A DNA stretch of 64,000 bases from the NCBI RefSeq assembly GCF_013167455.1, contig NZ_CP038328.1. One strand, given 5' to 3'. A model generated the notes under the pieces. It was given only the letters and a program-made list of their open reading frames with translations. It ran no database searches and had not been told where the DNA came from. This document shows, one piece after another, positions 45,253 to 57,756 of this stretch (its first letter is position 1; the number at the start of each line of letters is the position of its first letter). A program made the translations under genes and the position numbers. This DNA is from Escherichia coli O157:H7. GTDB taxonomy: Bacteria > Pseudomonadota > Gammaproteobacteria > Enterobacterales > Enterobacteriaceae.

Positions 45253-45520
45253 AAAAGTCCCTCTATACTGTGTTTGTATACAGTATTATTTTTAACTGTA
45301 CAAATAAACAGTATCAAGGTGAGTGAGATGAAAAAAACGGGGGGGTTGTTACCCTTAGTTACAAATTGAAAAACCCCAGTCGGTGATAACTGGGGTTTTT
45401 TAGAAGTGCACGTGCATTTCACGTGTATATTTTTGTCTTTTTTCAGTCCGACTACTGTCTGGCTTGTGTCCGTAAGTGGCTGTATTTATTGCTACTGTCC
45501 GGTTGTAGTCCTTCTTAAAG

Positions 45521-45883
45521 TGGTGGAGCTGGCGGGAGTTGAACCCGCGTCCGAAATTCCTACGTCCTCGGTACTACATGCTTAGTCAGTCTTTACATTC
45601 GCTTGCCAGCTGCGGACGGACACGCCACTAACAAACTAGCCTGATTAAGTTTTAACGCTTCAACCCCAGGCAGGGCTTCCACGCGATCTCTTTTGGGTTT
45701 GACCTCTCTTGATCCCCGTCCTAAGAGCGGAGGCTAGGGAGAGAGGGCTCTAAGCAGGTTATTAAGCTGCTAAAGCGTAGTTTTCGTCGTTTGCGACTAT
45801 TTTTTGCGGCTTTTTACGAGGCCAACCGCCCCTCGGCATGCACCTTGGGTTTCGCAAATCCCGTCGAATCCAGAATCAGCCCC
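45521..45883 (-). ncRNA. ssrA: tmRNA (SsrA)
   Basis: Reverse complement reads GGGGCTGATTCTGGATTCGACGGGATTTGCG...tag-peptide region...GGAGCTCCACCA, matching remembered E. coli tmRNA over 363 nt. Confidence 0.95.
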
Positions 45884-46097
45884 AATGTGTAACGGCAAGT
45901 ATACCAGATTTATGAGCGCTATGACCAGCCTCAATGGCGTTATCGTTAAAGATTTAGCACCCATGTAGCCTGATTTTTATTCGATTAAGCAATGGGATGG
46001 CAACATTTTTGTCGGATGTGATAGCCAATAAGATGTTCATTCGCGCCGCCGGAGAGGGAGGCGCGGTGAGGAACAGGTCAAGAATTGGAGTGCAGGT

Positions 46098-46580
46098 TTA
46101 ACGGTGGGCGTTTTTCATGATACGCGCTTTATCCACCTGCCATTCGCGTTCTTTGATATCTGAACGTTTATCGTGCTGTTTCTTACCTTTGGCGACGCCG
46201 ATTTTCACTTTGCACCAGGCATTTTTCCAGTACAGGGAGAGCGCCACTACGGTATAGCCTTCTCGATTGACGCGACCGTACAACGAATCAAGTTCGCGCT
46301 GGTTGAGAAGTAACTTGCGGGTACGGGTAGGATCGCACACCACATGCGTAGAAGCCACAGCCATTGGCGTGATGTTTGCGCCAAACAGGAACGCTTCTCC
46401 GTCGCGCAGAAGGACATAGCTGTCGCTAATATTGGCTTTTCCTGCGCGCAGGGATTTAACTTCCCAGCCTTGCAGGGCAAGTCCCGCTTCGAACTCTTCT
46501 TCAATAAAGTATTCGTGACGGGCGCGCTTGTTAAGCGCGATGGTCGCTGAACCAGGTTTATGTGCTTTTTTCTTCGTCAT
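46098..46580 (-). CDS. smpB: SsrA-binding protein SmpB
   Basis: 160-aa [48 protein letters not shown]... Confidence 0.95.
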
Positions 46581-46711
46581 AAGCGTCGTGAATCATCGGT
46601 AATCTGAAATCGAAAATACCCCATATCAATCCTGCGGGGGACAAGGCTCTATCTTAGCATGAACCGGATGTTACCCAGCGCCGGGATAGCGTTTTTTTTA
46701 CTGCAGGATAA

Positions 46712-47188
46712 ATGATATTATTTGTTGGATTTTTGTTGATGGAAATTGTTATGCCTCAGATTAGCCGGACCGCACTGGTACCCTACAGCGCGGAGCAAAT
46801 GTATCAGTTAGTGAATGACGTTCAGTCTTATCCTCAGTTTTTGCCGGGTTGTACCGGAAGTCGGATTCTGGAGTCCACTCCTGGGCAGATGACTGCGGCG
46901 GTAGATGTCTCTAAGGCTGGGATCAGCAAAACGTTTACTACCCGCAACCAGTTGACCAGTAACCAAAGTATTCTTATGAATCTGGTGGATGGGCCGTTCA
47001 AGAAATTGATTGGTGGATGGAAGTTTACGCCGCTGAGCCAGGAGGCGTGTCGTATCGAGTTTCATCTCGACTTTGAGTTTACCAATAAGTTGATTGAACT
47101 CGCTTTTGGTCGCGTGTTTAAAGAGCTGGCGTCTAATATGGTCCAGGCTTTTACGGTTCGTGCGAAAGAGGTTTACAGTGCCAGGTAA
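46712..47188 (+). CDS. ratA: SRPBCC-domain protein RatA/PasT
   Basis: 158-aa ORF; synteny smpB-ratA-ratB-bamE. Confidence 0.8.
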   Translation: MILFVGFLLMEIVMPQISRTALVPYSAEQMYQLVNDVQSYPQFLPGCTGSRILESTPGQMTAAVDVSKAGISKTFTTRNQLTSNQSILMNLVDGPFKKLIGGWKFTPLSQEACRIEFHLDFEFTNKLIELAFGRVFKELASNMVQAFTVRAKEVYSAR

Positions 47189-47468
47189 AATTGCCGTTGA
47201 GGTGGCTTATGCGCTACCTAAGAAGCAGTACCTGCAGCGCGTGACGCTGCAGGAGGGCGCGACGGTTGAAGAAGCTATTCGCGCCAGTGGCTTGCTGGAA
47301 TTGCGTACCGATATCGATTTAACTGAAAACAAAGTCGGCATTTACAGCCGTCCGGCAAAATTAAGCGATAGTGTGCATGATGGCGATCGGGTGGAGATTT
47401 ATCGCCCTCTCATTGCCGATCCGAAAGAGCTTCGCAGGCAACGAGCAGAAAAATCAGCGAATAAATAA
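47178..47468 (+). CDS. ratB: RatB (UPF0125 protein)
   Basis: GTG start overlapping the ratA 3' end; 96 aa (M)[26 protein letters not shown]... Confidence 0.75.
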   Translation: MPGKIAVEVAYALPKKQYLQRVTLQEGATVEEAIRASGLLELRTDIDLTENKVGIYSRPAKLSDSVHDGDRVEIYRPLIADPKELRRQRAEKSANK

Positions 47469-47474
47469 CGGACA

Positions 47475-47505
47475 GAAAAAAGGTGCTCATTGAGCACCTT
47501 TTTTA
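47475..47505. terminator. Bidirectional rho-independent terminator between ratB and bamE
   Basis: aaaaaaggtgctc-attg-agcaccttttttaa. Confidence 0.75.
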
Positions 47506-47529
47506 ACGTCTTTGAGAGCAACTTTATTA

Positions 47530-47871
47530 TTAGTTACCACTCAGCGCAGGTTTGTTATCAATATTGGTCAACACACCGCTACTGTTAAAGGTTAGCGTCA
47601 GCGTTTGCTGCGTTACACCTTCATGACCTGGTTGCTGGCGGAAGACATAGAACCAGGTATTCGTACCAAATGGATCGGACATCAGCGGTGTACCCAATGC
47701 GTACGCAACTTGTTGTTGCGTCATGCCAACACGTATTTTGGATACGTCGTTAGCGGTCAGATAGTTCCCCTGGTTGATGTCAGGACGGTAAACCACTCGC
47801 TCCAGAGTGGAACAGCCTGCGGTCAACATCAATAGTACTGCTGCTGCAGCAGTCAGCGTTTTACAGCGCAT
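47530..47871 (-). CDS. bamE: Outer-membrane assembly lipoprotein BamE (SmpA)
   Basis: 113 aa with lipobox LTAGCS; matches remembered BamE. Confidence 0.9.
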
Positions 47872-48019
47872 AGTGATTTGATTCCTTTTCGGGCCCGAGC
47901 AGTACGTGGCTCATCTGTAATATGCCGATGATAATAGACCTTTCATCACTTTAAAACCTTTTGCTTTCCGGTCTTACGGCGTTTTGCTGTTTACTCTGAC
48001 CGTGAAGCAGGAAAAAAGT

Positions 48020-49681
48020 TTACGCCGCAAGCAGTTCTTTCGCATTCGCCAGTGTGTTACGTGTGACTTCACTGCCACCAAGCAGGCGCGCCAGCTCTTG
48101 TAACCGCGTTTTTTTATTCAGGGATTGCATATGCGTTTCTGTCATCGCACCATCGGTTTCTTTGCTGACAAAATAGTGTTGATGACCACATCCCGCGACT
48201 TGTGGCAGGTGGGTAACACACATCACCTGAGTTGATTCGCCGAGTTGACGCAGCAGTTTGCCGACAACTGCCGCTGTTGGACCGCTAATCCCTACATCCA
48301 CTTCATCAAAAATCAGTGCCGGGGTTTCCATTTTACGCGCCGTGATGACCTGAATTGCCAATGCGATGCGGGACAATTCACCACCGGATGCGACTTTGGC
48401 AATAGGCTGCATTGGCTGACCTGGGTTGGTGGTTACCCGAAACTCAATACGATCGGCGCCGTCAGCGCCCAGGTGATGCTCGTCAAATTTGACATCAATC
48501 GTAAACTGCCCATGCGGCATTGAGAGCGCATGCATACTGTCGGTGATCAGCTGTGCAAGTTCTTCTGCATAATGCTGGCGTTGCTGGTGTAATGCGCGCG
48601 CCGTTTCCAGTGCCTGCTGATGATGTTTCGTTACCGCCAGTGCGAGCGTTTCTTGTGAGTCGGCCTGATCGTCCAGTTGCTGCTGTTCTTCCAGTAGCGA
48701 CTGGTAATACTGTGGCAATGTCTCAGGGCTGACGTGATGTTTACGTGCCAGCGAAATCTGTTTTGAGATGCGCTGTTCAAGTTCAAACAGTCGGTTGGGA
48801 TCGAGATCCAGACGATCGCAGTAGTGGCGCAGTTCGTCGCTGGCTTCAACAATCTGGATGGTAGCTTCTTCCAGCATATCAAGTACGCCGGACAGTTTGC
48901 TGTCCATGCCAATCAATTCGCTCACCAGTTGTTTAGCCGTGTAAAGCTGACTTTGCAGGTTTGCGTCTTCACCGTCGGCCATTAATGCCAATGCATTCTG
49001 GCTGGTGGTCAGCAATTGACCGCTGTTCGCCAGACGTTTGTACTCTTCGTCGATTTGCTCAAACTCTCCGGGCTGCGGATTAAATTCGTTAAGTTCTTTT
49101 AATTGGTATTGCAGCAGTTCCGCACGGGCAGCGCGTTCCTGACTTAACTGTTGATGATGCGCGAGGTCACGGCAGCTTTGATGCCACAACTGATAACGTG
49201 CGGTCATTTCCTGGAGTAGAGAGGTTTCATTGGCATAGCCATCAAGCAGGAATTTTTGGTGCTCGGGTTTGGTGAGTAACTGATGAGCGTGCTGACCATG
49301 GATCTGAATCAGCAACTGACCCAGTTCGCGCAGTTGTGACAGAGGAACAGCTGTACCGTTGATGAAACCACGGGAGCGACCATCGCTGCTGATCACGCGA
49401 CGAAGCAAACATTCATGCCCGTCTTCAAGCTGGTTTTCTTCCAGCCAGCGCAGGGCCGCTGGCGTATCTTTCAGAGAAAAACGGGCGCACAGGTCAGCGC
49501 GAGCAGCGCCGGTACGCACCATGTCGGCTTCAGCGCGACCACCGAGACAAAGACCGAGGGCATCTATTGCAATAGATTTACCCGCACCGGTTTCGCCAGT
49601 TATTACGGTCATGCCGCTATGAAAATCAATCTCAAGCTCACGAACGATAGCAAAGTTGCTGATGGTCAGTTGTGCCAACAT
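48020..49681 (-). CDS. recN: DNA repair protein RecN
   Basis: 553 aa, Walker [12 protein letters not shown]-like coiled coil. Confidence 0.95.
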   Translation of the reverse strand: MLAQLTISNFAIVRELEIDFHSGMTVITGETGAGKSIAIDALGLCLGGRAEADMVRTGAARADLCARFSLKDTPAALRWLEENQLEDGHECLLRRVISSDGRSRGFINGTAVPLSQLRELGQLLIQIHGQHAHQLLTKPEHQKFLLDGYANETSLLQEMTARYQLWHQSCRDLAHHQQLSQERAARAELLQYQLKELNEFNPQPGEFEQIDEEYKRLANSGQLLTTSQNALALMADGEDANLQSQLYTAKQLVSELIGMDSKLSGVLDMLEEATIQIVEASDELRHYCDRLDLDPNRLFELEQRISKQISLARKHHVSPETLPQYYQSLLEEQQQLDDQADSQETLALAVTKHHQQALETARALHQQRQHYAEELAQLITDSMHALSMPHGQFTIDVKFDEHHLGADGADRIEFRVTTNPGQPMQPIAKVASGGELSRIALAIQVITARKMETPALIFDEVDVGISGPTAAVVGKLLRQLGESTQVMCVTHLPQVAGCGHQHYFVSKETDGAMTETHMQSLNKKTRLQELARLLGGSEVTRNTLANAKELLAA

Positions 49682-49766
49682 AGTCGTTTTCCTGTATGAA
49701 AAACCATTACTGTTATTGTGTACAGTATAAACTGGTTTTATATACAGTAAAGAGGCTGGCGTAAAA

Positions 49767-50645
49767 TTAGAATAATTTTTTTGACCAGCCGAGCTTGGTG
49801 CTTAATGTGTTGAAATAACTGTAATCTTTCGGATGAATCAGATTCAGATGGTAATCACAGCGACGAATCAGGACATCTTCACCTTCCTGAATCGGTAGTG
49901 CTATCTGGCTGTCGCAACTGATTTCCAGGTCGTTACGGCGATGCGAAAAACGCAGACGGATCGTGCTGCTGCTGTTTATGACCAGTGGTCGTGCTGACAA
50001 CGTATGCGGGAACATGGGCACCAGGGTAATCGCATCCAGAGAGGGGGTCAGAATAGGACCGCCCGCAGAGAGGGAATAGGCGGTGGAGCCTGTTGGCGTC
50101 GAAATAATTAGCCCATCAGATCGCTGAGAAAACGCAAAGATCTCGTCGATATACACTTCGAACTCTATCATATGCGCCACTTTGCCTGGATGAAGTACCA
50201 CTTCATTTATCGCGGTGCTGATGCGCTTTTGGCAATCTTGCTGACAGACTTGCGCTTCCAGCAAAAAACGTTTCTCGCTGATGTAGTGACCTTCCAGCAC
50301 ATCGGCTAATTGTTGCTGGGCGTTATCGGGGTCAAGGTCAGTCAGGAAACCCAGGTTGCCACGGTTGATTCCAATAACTTTAATATCGTAACGGGCGAGC
50401 GTGCGCGTCGCGCCCAGCATATTACCGTCGCCACCAACGACTACCGCGAGATCAGCCAGTTGCCCAATCTCCGCGAGCGTGCCAGTTTTCACATTCTTCA
50501 GTTGCAGTTCGTGAGCGATTTGTTGCTCAACGATGACCTCGTAACCTTTTGTGCACAGCCAGCGGTAGAGCATTTCATGTGTTGTCAGTGCAGTAGGGTG
50601 CCGTGGGTGTCCCACAATGCCAATACACTTGAAATGATTATTCAT
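49767..50645 (-). CDS. nadK: NAD kinase
   Basis: 292 aa with GGDG motif ([11 protein letters not shown]). Confidence 0.95.
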   Translation of the reverse strand: MNNHFKCIGIVGHPRHPTALTTHEMLYRWLCTKGYEVIVEQQIAHELQLKNVKTGTLAEIGQLADLAVVVGGDGNMLGATRTLARYDIKVIGINRGNLGFLTDLDPDNAQQQLADVLEGHYISEKRFLLEAQVCQQDCQKRISTAINEVVLHPGKVAHMIEFEVYIDEIFAFSQRSDGLIISTPTGSTAYSLSAGGPILTPSLDAITLVPMFPHTLSARPLVINSSSTIRLRFSHRRNDLEISCDSQIALPIQEGEDVLIRRCDYHLNLIHPKDYSYFNTLSTKLGWSKKLF

Positions 50646-50734
50646 TTTTCCGAGGTCCTTGTTGCGAAGATTGATGACAATGTGAGTGCTTCCCTTGAAA
50701 CCCTGAAACTGATCCCCATAATAAGCGAAGTTAG

Positions 50735-51361
<627 letters not shown>

Positions 51362-51383
51362 TTTCTGTTTTCGTAATAATTCA

Positions 51384-51415
51384 CGGCCCTGCATGCGAAT
51401 GCCGGGCCGTTTTCG
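51384..51415 (+). terminator. Terminator after grpE
   Basis: cggccc...gggccg hairpin followed by ttttcg. Confidence 0.55.
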
Positions 51416-52678
51416 TTACTCCGCCACACTCTCGCGCAGCGGTTTCACAGGAAAAACTTTTACCTGCTTAATCATATTGTCCTGTACGTCGAGAATATCG
51501 ATATCGTACTCGCCAATACGCACGCGGGTGCCTACGACAGGGATCTCTTCCAGTGCCTCAAGAATGACGCCATTAACCGTGCGGGCATCATCTTCCGGTA
51601 GATGCCAGTTAAAGGCTTTGTTGATTTCCCGCACGTTGGCAGTGCCATCAATAATCACCGAACCGTCGTTTTGCGGCGTGACTTCTTCGGCAAGTGTTGG
51701 CGACATCGACGTAGTGAAATCGCCGACAATCTCTTCCAGAATATCTTCAACCGTCACCAGCCCCTGAATGTCTCCATACTCGTTGACGACCAGGCCGACT
51801 TTCTTTTTGTTGCGCTGAAACTTCACCAACTGCGTGCTGAGCGGCGTACCTTCCGGCACAAAATAGATCTCGTCCGCGGCGCGCAGCATGGTTTCTTTGG
51901 TGAACTCTTTTTTCTCCGACATCAACCGCCAAGCTTCACGTACTCGCAGCATACTGATGGCGTCGTCCAGCGAATCACGGTAGAGCACGATGCGCCCGTG
52001 AGGTGAGTGGGAGAGTTGGCGCAGAATAGATTTCCAGTCATCGTTGATATCAATACCGATAATTTCACTGCGCGGCACCATGATGTCATCAACGGTCATT
52101 TTTTCCAGATCGAGCACCGACAGCAGCATATCCTGATTGCGACGGGAAATTTGTGAGCGCGATTCGTGCACGATAGTGCGCAACTCTTCTTTGCTCAAAG
52201 AGCCGCTAACCACGATATCGGTTTTGATACCCATCATGCGCATCAGCATACGGGTGATAGCATTCAGCAACCAGACCAGCGGCATCATCAAAATTTGCAG
52301 GGGAGCCAGCAGAAAACTACTCGGATAAGCGACTTTTTCCGGGTACAGCGCGGCAATGGTTTTCGGCAATACCTCAGCAAAAACCAGTACGACAAAAGTC
52401 AGCACACCAGTCGCAATTGCCACGCCCGCATCGCCGTACAAACGCATCCCAACAATAGTGCCGAGCGCGGAGGCAAGAATATTGACCAGGTTATTGCCGA
52501 TTAACACCAGGCTTATCAGGCGGTCTGGCTTACGCAGCAATTTTTCGACGCGTTTGGCCGAGCGATTACCCTGTTTCGCCATATGTCGCAGACGATAGCG
52601 GTTGAGGGTCATCATTCCGGTTTCGGACCCGGAAAAATAGGCTGAAATGACCACCATGATGATCAGAATAATGATCAA
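51416..52678 (-). CDS. yfjD: CNNM/CorC-family membrane protein (DUF21 plus CBS plus CorC_HlyC)
   Basis: 420-aa ORF with N-terminal TM domain and CBS pair; K-12 synteny between grpE and ypjD. Confidence 0.8.
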   Translation of the reverse strand: MIIILIIMVVISAYFSGSETGMMTLNRYRLRHMAKQGNRSAKRVEKLLRKPDRLISLVLIGNNLVNILASALGTIVGMRLYGDAGVAIATGVLTFVVLVFAEVLPKTIAALYPEKVAYPSSFLLAPLQILMMPLVWLLNAITRMLMRMMGIKTDIVVSGSLSKEELRTIVHESRSQISRRNQDMLLSVLDLEKMTVDDIMVPRSEIIGIDINDDWKSILRQLSHSPHGRIVLYRDSLDDAISMLRVREAWRLMSEKKEFTKETMLRAADEIYFVPEGTPLSTQLVKFQRNKKKVGLVVNEYGDIQGLVTVEDILEEIVGDFTTSMSPTLAEEVTPQNDGSVIIDGTANVREINKAFNWHLPEDDARTVNGVILEALEEIPVVGTRVRIGEYDIDILDVQDNMIKQVKVFPVKPLRESVAE

Positions 52679-52723
52679 CGTAGTAGTAGAAATGTGTTCC
52701 AGGGGGAAACTCCTTTTCTGGGT

Positions 52724-53515
52724 TTAGCTGATTAACTGCTGGACAATTCGGCTGCCGAAGTAGGCCAGTGTCAGAATGACTGCACCCGCAACGTTAAACC
52801 AGACGACGCGACGTCCACGCCATCCTTCATGATAATGTCCCCATAGCAGCACAATATAGACAAACCACGCCACGATAGAGAGCACAGCCTTGTCGATATT
52901 TTCCATGCTAAATAAGTTGTGCATGTAGAACAGGCCAGTGCAAAGCGTGAGCGTTAGCAGCACCACGCCAATCTGCGTGATGTGGAACATTTTACGCTCG
53001 ATACTCATCAATGGCGGCATTTCCTGGTTAAACGCCAGCTTCTTGTTCTTCAGTTGGTAATCAATCCACGCCAGTTGCAGCGCGTACAGGGCGGCGATAA
53101 TTAGCGTGGCATAGGAAAAGAGCGATAAGCCAATGTGCACCAGCATCCCAGGCGTAGCTTCCAGATGGGTGATGTATTCATTGGGCATGAAGGTTGCCAG
53201 CGCCAGGTTGATAAGCGCAAAGGCATAGACAATGGGTAGCAGCAACCAGCCACGATTGCGAGAAGCCACAATGGTCATTACCGTACAGATCATCAAACTG
53301 ACCAATGAACCAACGTTCAGCAGGCTGAGGTTTTGTCCGCTATCACCGTCGGGCAGGATGCGGGCTTCCAGAGCGATTGCGTGGCAGACCAGCGCAATGA
53401 CCGCAGAAATAATAGCCATGCGCCGCCAGCCGCCGTTTTTTTGCAGCAGACCGGGAACAATCAGCGCAAGACTGACGGAGTAGGCGACAAGCGCGAGCAG
53501 AGCAAAAACGGGCAT
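52724..53515 (-). CDS. ypjD: Inner membrane protein YpjD (cytochrome c assembly protein family)
   Basis: Polytopic membrane ORF, 263 aa from the MPVFALLALVAY start; divergent from ffh. Confidence 0.75.
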   Translation of the reverse strand: MPVFALLALVAYSVSLALIVPGLLQKNGGWRRMAIISAVIALVCHAIALEARILPDGDSGQNLSLLNVGSLVSLMICTVMTIVASRNRGWLLLPIVYAFALINLALATFMPNEYITHLEATPGMLVHIGLSLFSYATLIIAALYALQLAWIDYQLKNKKLAFNQEMPPLMSIERKMFHITQIGVVLLTLTLCTGLFYMHNLFSMENIDKAVLSIVAWFVYIVLLWGHYHEGWRGRRVVWFNVAGAVILTLAYFGSRIVQQLIS

Positions 53516-53681
53516 AGTGATGTCGACAGTTTGAGCAATAAGAAAGAGAAGCAGTATAGCGTCAGGTGAACGCTGCTCCAACCGTTGCATAACAACAAAG
53601 ACGCCTTCATGTTATACTGCGGCAAAATACTGATGATGTGTCGCGATTGCGGCCAACCGTTTCCACCCCAGGCGAGAGACA

Positions 53682-55043
53682 ATGTTTGATAATTTAACCG
53701 ATCGTTTGTCGCGCACGCTGCGCAATATCAGTGGCCGTGGACGCCTCACTGAAGACAACGTAAAAGATACGCTGCGCGAAGTGCGCATGGCGCTGCTGGA
53801 GGCGGACGTCGCTCTGCCGGTAGTGCGTGAGTTTATCAATCGCGTAAAAGAGAAAGCGGTTGGTCATGAAGTTAATAAGAGCCTGACGCCGGGGCAGGAG
53901 TTCGTCAAAATCGTCCGTAACGAACTGGTTGCGGCGATGGGCGAAGAGAACCAGACCCTGAATCTGGCTGCGCAACCGCCTGCGGTCGTGCTGATGGCAG
54001 GCCTGCAAGGTGCCGGTAAAACAACCAGCGTTGGTAAACTCGGTAAGTTCCTGCGCGAGAAGCACAAGAAGAAAGTGCTGGTGGTTTCTGCTGACGTCTA
54101 TCGCCCGGCGGCAATCAAACAGCTTGAGACGCTGGCAGAGCAGGTGGGCGTTGATTTCTTCCCTTCTGATGTTGGTCAGAAGCCGGTTGATATTGTTAAC
54201 GCGGCGCTGAAAGAAGCCAAACTGAAATTCTACGACGTGCTGCTGGTGGATACCGCTGGTCGTCTGCACGTTGACGAAGCGATGATGGACGAGATCAAAC
54301 AAGTCCATGCGTCGATTAACCCGGTTGAAACCCTGTTTGTGGTTGACGCCATGACCGGTCAGGATGCGGCCAATACGGCAAAAGCATTCAATGAAGCGTT
54401 ACCGCTTACCGGCGTAGTGTTGACCAAAGTGGACGGCGATGCCCGCGGCGGTGCGGCGCTCTCTATTCGTCACATCACTGGCAAACCGATCAAGTTCCTC
54501 GGTGTTGGCGAGAAAACTGAGGCGCTGGAGCCGTTCCATCCGGACCGCATCGCGTCGCGTATTCTCGGCATGGGCGACGTACTGTCGCTGATCGAAGATA
54601 TCGAAAGCAAAGTTGACCGCGCGCAGGCAGAGAAATTAGCCAGCAAGCTGAAAAAAGGTGACGGCTTCGATCTCAACGACTTCCTTGAGCAACTGCGCCA
54701 GATGAAAAATATGGGCGGCATGGCCAGCCTGATGGGCAAACTGCCGGGCATGGGGCAGATCCCGGATAACGTCAAGTCACAGATGGACGATAAAGTGCTG
54801 GTGCGTATGGAAGCCATCATCAACTCGATGACGATGAAAGAGCGCGCTAAGCCAGAAATCATCAAAGGTTCGCGTAAACGCCGTATTGCTGCCGGTTGCG
54901 GTATGCAGGTGCAGGACGTTAACCGTCTTCTGAAACAGTTCGACGACATGCAGCGCATGATGAAGAAAATGAAGAAGGGCGGAATGGCGAAGATGATGAG
55001 AAGCATGAAGGGGATGATGCCGCCGGGATTTCCTGGTCGCTAA
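53682..55043 (+). CDS. ffh: Signal recognition particle protein Ffh
   Basis: 453 aa, GTPase motifs GLQGAGKTT and DTAGR, Met-rich C-terminal M domain. Confidence 0.97.
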   Translation: MFDNLTDRLSRTLRNISGRGRLTEDNVKDTLREVRMALLEADVALPVVREFINRVKEKAVGHEVNKSLTPGQEFVKIVRNELVAAMGEENQTLNLAAQPPAVVLMAGLQGAGKTTSVGKLGKFLREKHKKKVLVVSADVYRPAAIKQLETLAEQVGVDFFPSDVGQKPVDIVNAALKEAKLKFYDVLLVDTAGRLHVDEAMMDEIKQVHASINPVETLFVVDAMTGQDAANTAKAFNEALPLTGVVLTKVDGDARGGAALSIRHITGKPIKFLGVGEKTEALEPFHPDRIASRILGMGDVLSLIEDIESKVDRAQAEKLASKLKKGDGFDLNDFLEQLRQMKNMGGMASLMGKLPGMGQIPDNVKSQMDDKVLVRMEAIINSMTMKERAKPEIIKGSRKRRIAAGCGMQVQDVNRLLKQFDDMQRMMKKMKKGGMAKMMRSMKGMMPPGFPGR

Positions 55044-55101
55044 ATGACCTTATGCGACAGAGTTATTAACTGCTGATTGCATTTTCTCCAGAAATCAGTA
55101 A

Positions 55102-55428
<327 letters not shown>

Positions 55429-55446
55429 TCTGTCACGGTGGTCATG

Positions 55447-55995
55447 ATGAGCAAACAACTCACCGCGCAAGCACCTGTTGATCCCATCGTTTTGGGAAAA
55501 ATGGGTTCGTCTTACGGTATTCGTGGGTGGCTCAGAGTGTTTTCTTCCACCGAAGACGCCGAAAGCATTTTTGACTATCAGCCCTGGTTTATCCAGAAGG
55601 CGGGTCAGTGGCAGCAAGTCCAGCTGGAAAGCTGGAAGCACCACAATCAGGACATGATCATCAAGCTGAAAGGCGTTGACGATCGTGATGCGGCGAACCT
55701 GCTGACGAATTGTGAAATTGTCGTGGATTCATCGCAGCTGCCTCAGCTTGAAGAGGGTGACTACTACTGGAAAGACCTGATGGGCTGCCAGGTAGTAACC
55801 ACTGAAGGCTACGATCTCGGTAAAGTCGTCGATATGATGGAAACCGGATCCAATGACGTTCTCGTCATTAAGGCAAACCTGAAAGATGCGTTTGGTATCA
55901 AGGAACGTCTCGTACCGTTCCTCGATGGGCAGGTTATCAAGAAAGTCGATCTCACTACTCGTTCAATCGAAGTAGATTGGGATCCTGGTTTTTAA
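55447..55995 (+). CDS. rimM: Ribosome maturation factor RimM
   Basis: 182 aa from the [31 protein letters not shown] start. Confidence 0.95.
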
Positions 55996-56025
55996 ACCAC
56001 CGGATAAACGGTAAAAGACGGCGCT

Positions 56026-56793
56026 ATGTGGATTGGCATAATTAGCCTGTTTCCTGAAATGTTCCGCGCAATTACCGATTACGGGGTAACTGGCCGGGCA
56101 GTTAAAAATGGCCTGCTGAGCATCCAGAGCTGGAGTCCTCGCGATTTCACGCATGACCGGCACCGTACCGTGGACGATCGTCCTTACGGCGGCGGACCGG
56201 GGATGTTAATGATGGTGCAACCCTTGCGGGACGCCATTCATGCAGCAAAAGCCGCGGCGGGTGAAGGCGCAAAGGTGATTTATCTTTCACCACAGGGACG
56301 CAAGCTTGATCAAGCGGGCGTCAGCGAACTGGCAACGAATCAAAAATTGATTCTGGTGTGCGGTCGCTACGAAGGTATAGATGAGCGCGTGATCCAAACC
56401 GAAATTGACGAAGAATGGTCAATCGGCGATTACGTTCTCAGTGGTGGTGAGTTACCAGCAATGACGCTGATTGACTCCGTTTCCCGGTTTATTCCGGGAG
56501 TACTGGGACATGAAGCCTCGGCAACGGAAGATTCCTTTGCTGAAGGATTGCTGGATTGCCCGCACTATACGCGGCCTGAGGTGTTAGAAGGGATGGAAGT
56601 TCCGCCAGTGTTACTGTCGGGCAACCATGCCGAGATACGTCGCTGGCGTTTGAAACAGTCGCTGGGCCGTACCTGGCTTAGAAGACCTGAACTTCTGGAA
56701 AACCTGGCTCTGACTGAAGAGCAAGCAAGGTTGCTGGCGGAGTTCAAAACGGAACACGCACAACAGCAACATAAACATGATGGGATGGCGTAA
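56026..56793 (+). CDS. trmD: tRNA (guanine37-N1)-methyltransferase TrmD
   Basis: 255 aa [27 protein letters not shown]... Confidence 0.97.
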
Positions 56794-56831
56794 GCCCCCG
56801 AGATATCAGTTTACCCAGGATAAGAGATTAA

Positions 56832-57182
<351 letters not shown>

Positions 57183-57212
57183 GATTTCGCTTAAGCGACA
57201 TCCTGTTAAGAA

Positions 57213-57241
57213 GGGCTGGCCAATTGGCTGGCCCTTTTTTT
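57213..57241 (+). terminator. Rho-independent terminator after rplS
   Basis: gggctggccaattggctggccc hairpin followed by a run of seven T. Confidence 0.8.
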
Positions 57242-57258
57242 ATCTGTTTGCTCGTGTT

Positions 57259-57741
57259 TTAAGGGGGAGTAATCACCACTGCGACGCGGCGGTTCTCGGC
57301 GCGGCCCTGGGCGGTCTTGTTACTGGCTATGGGATATTTTTTTCCTAAACCCTGTGTGGTGAGATTGCTGCGTGGAATTTGTCCACCCATAGCCCATGCA
57401 TCGGCCACGACATTCGCCCGTTTCAATGATAAGCCTTCGTTGTAACTGTCTTCACCATAGTTATCGGTGTGTCCATCCATACGGGCATGTGTTAGCCCTG
57501 TCGAGGCCAATTTGGCTGCCATGGTTTGGATCTGTTGCTGGCTTTCCGGGAGCAATTTGTAGTCATTTTTTGCGAACAGAATGGCATCTGATAAGCCCAG
57601 CGACCAGTCGCCGGCGGATTCAGTAAATCCATAAGATTGCATAGCGGCGACTTGCTCAGGAGTAAACTTTCCCTGAGGGGACTGGCAGCCAGTCAGTATT
57701 AGTGAGGTGAAAATCAGGGGTGCTACCAGGTGCTTTATCAT
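57259..57741 (-). CDS. yfiB: OmpA-family outer-membrane lipoprotein YfiB
   Basis: 160 aa with lipobox LTGCQS and C-terminal OmpA-like motif (NRRVAVVI). Confidence 0.9.
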   Translation of the reverse strand: MIKHLVAPLIFTSLILTGCQSPQGKFTPEQVAAMQSYGFTESAGDWSLGLSDAILFAKNDYKLLPESQQQIQTMAAKLASTGLTHARMDGHTDNYGEDSYNEGLSLKRANVVADAWAMGGQIPRSNLTTQGLGKKYPIASNKTAQGRAENRRVAVVITPP

Positions 57742-57756
57742 ATCGATATATCCTTG

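Noticed and set aside
45253-45520. Integrase gene adjacent to the ssrA 3' end
   Set aside because: No ORF of integrase size or motif between the DinI-like gene and ssrA; the only recombinases are 18 kb away
53694-54308. 204-aa minus-strand ORF inside ffh
   Set aside because: Antisense shadow of a highly conserved essential gene
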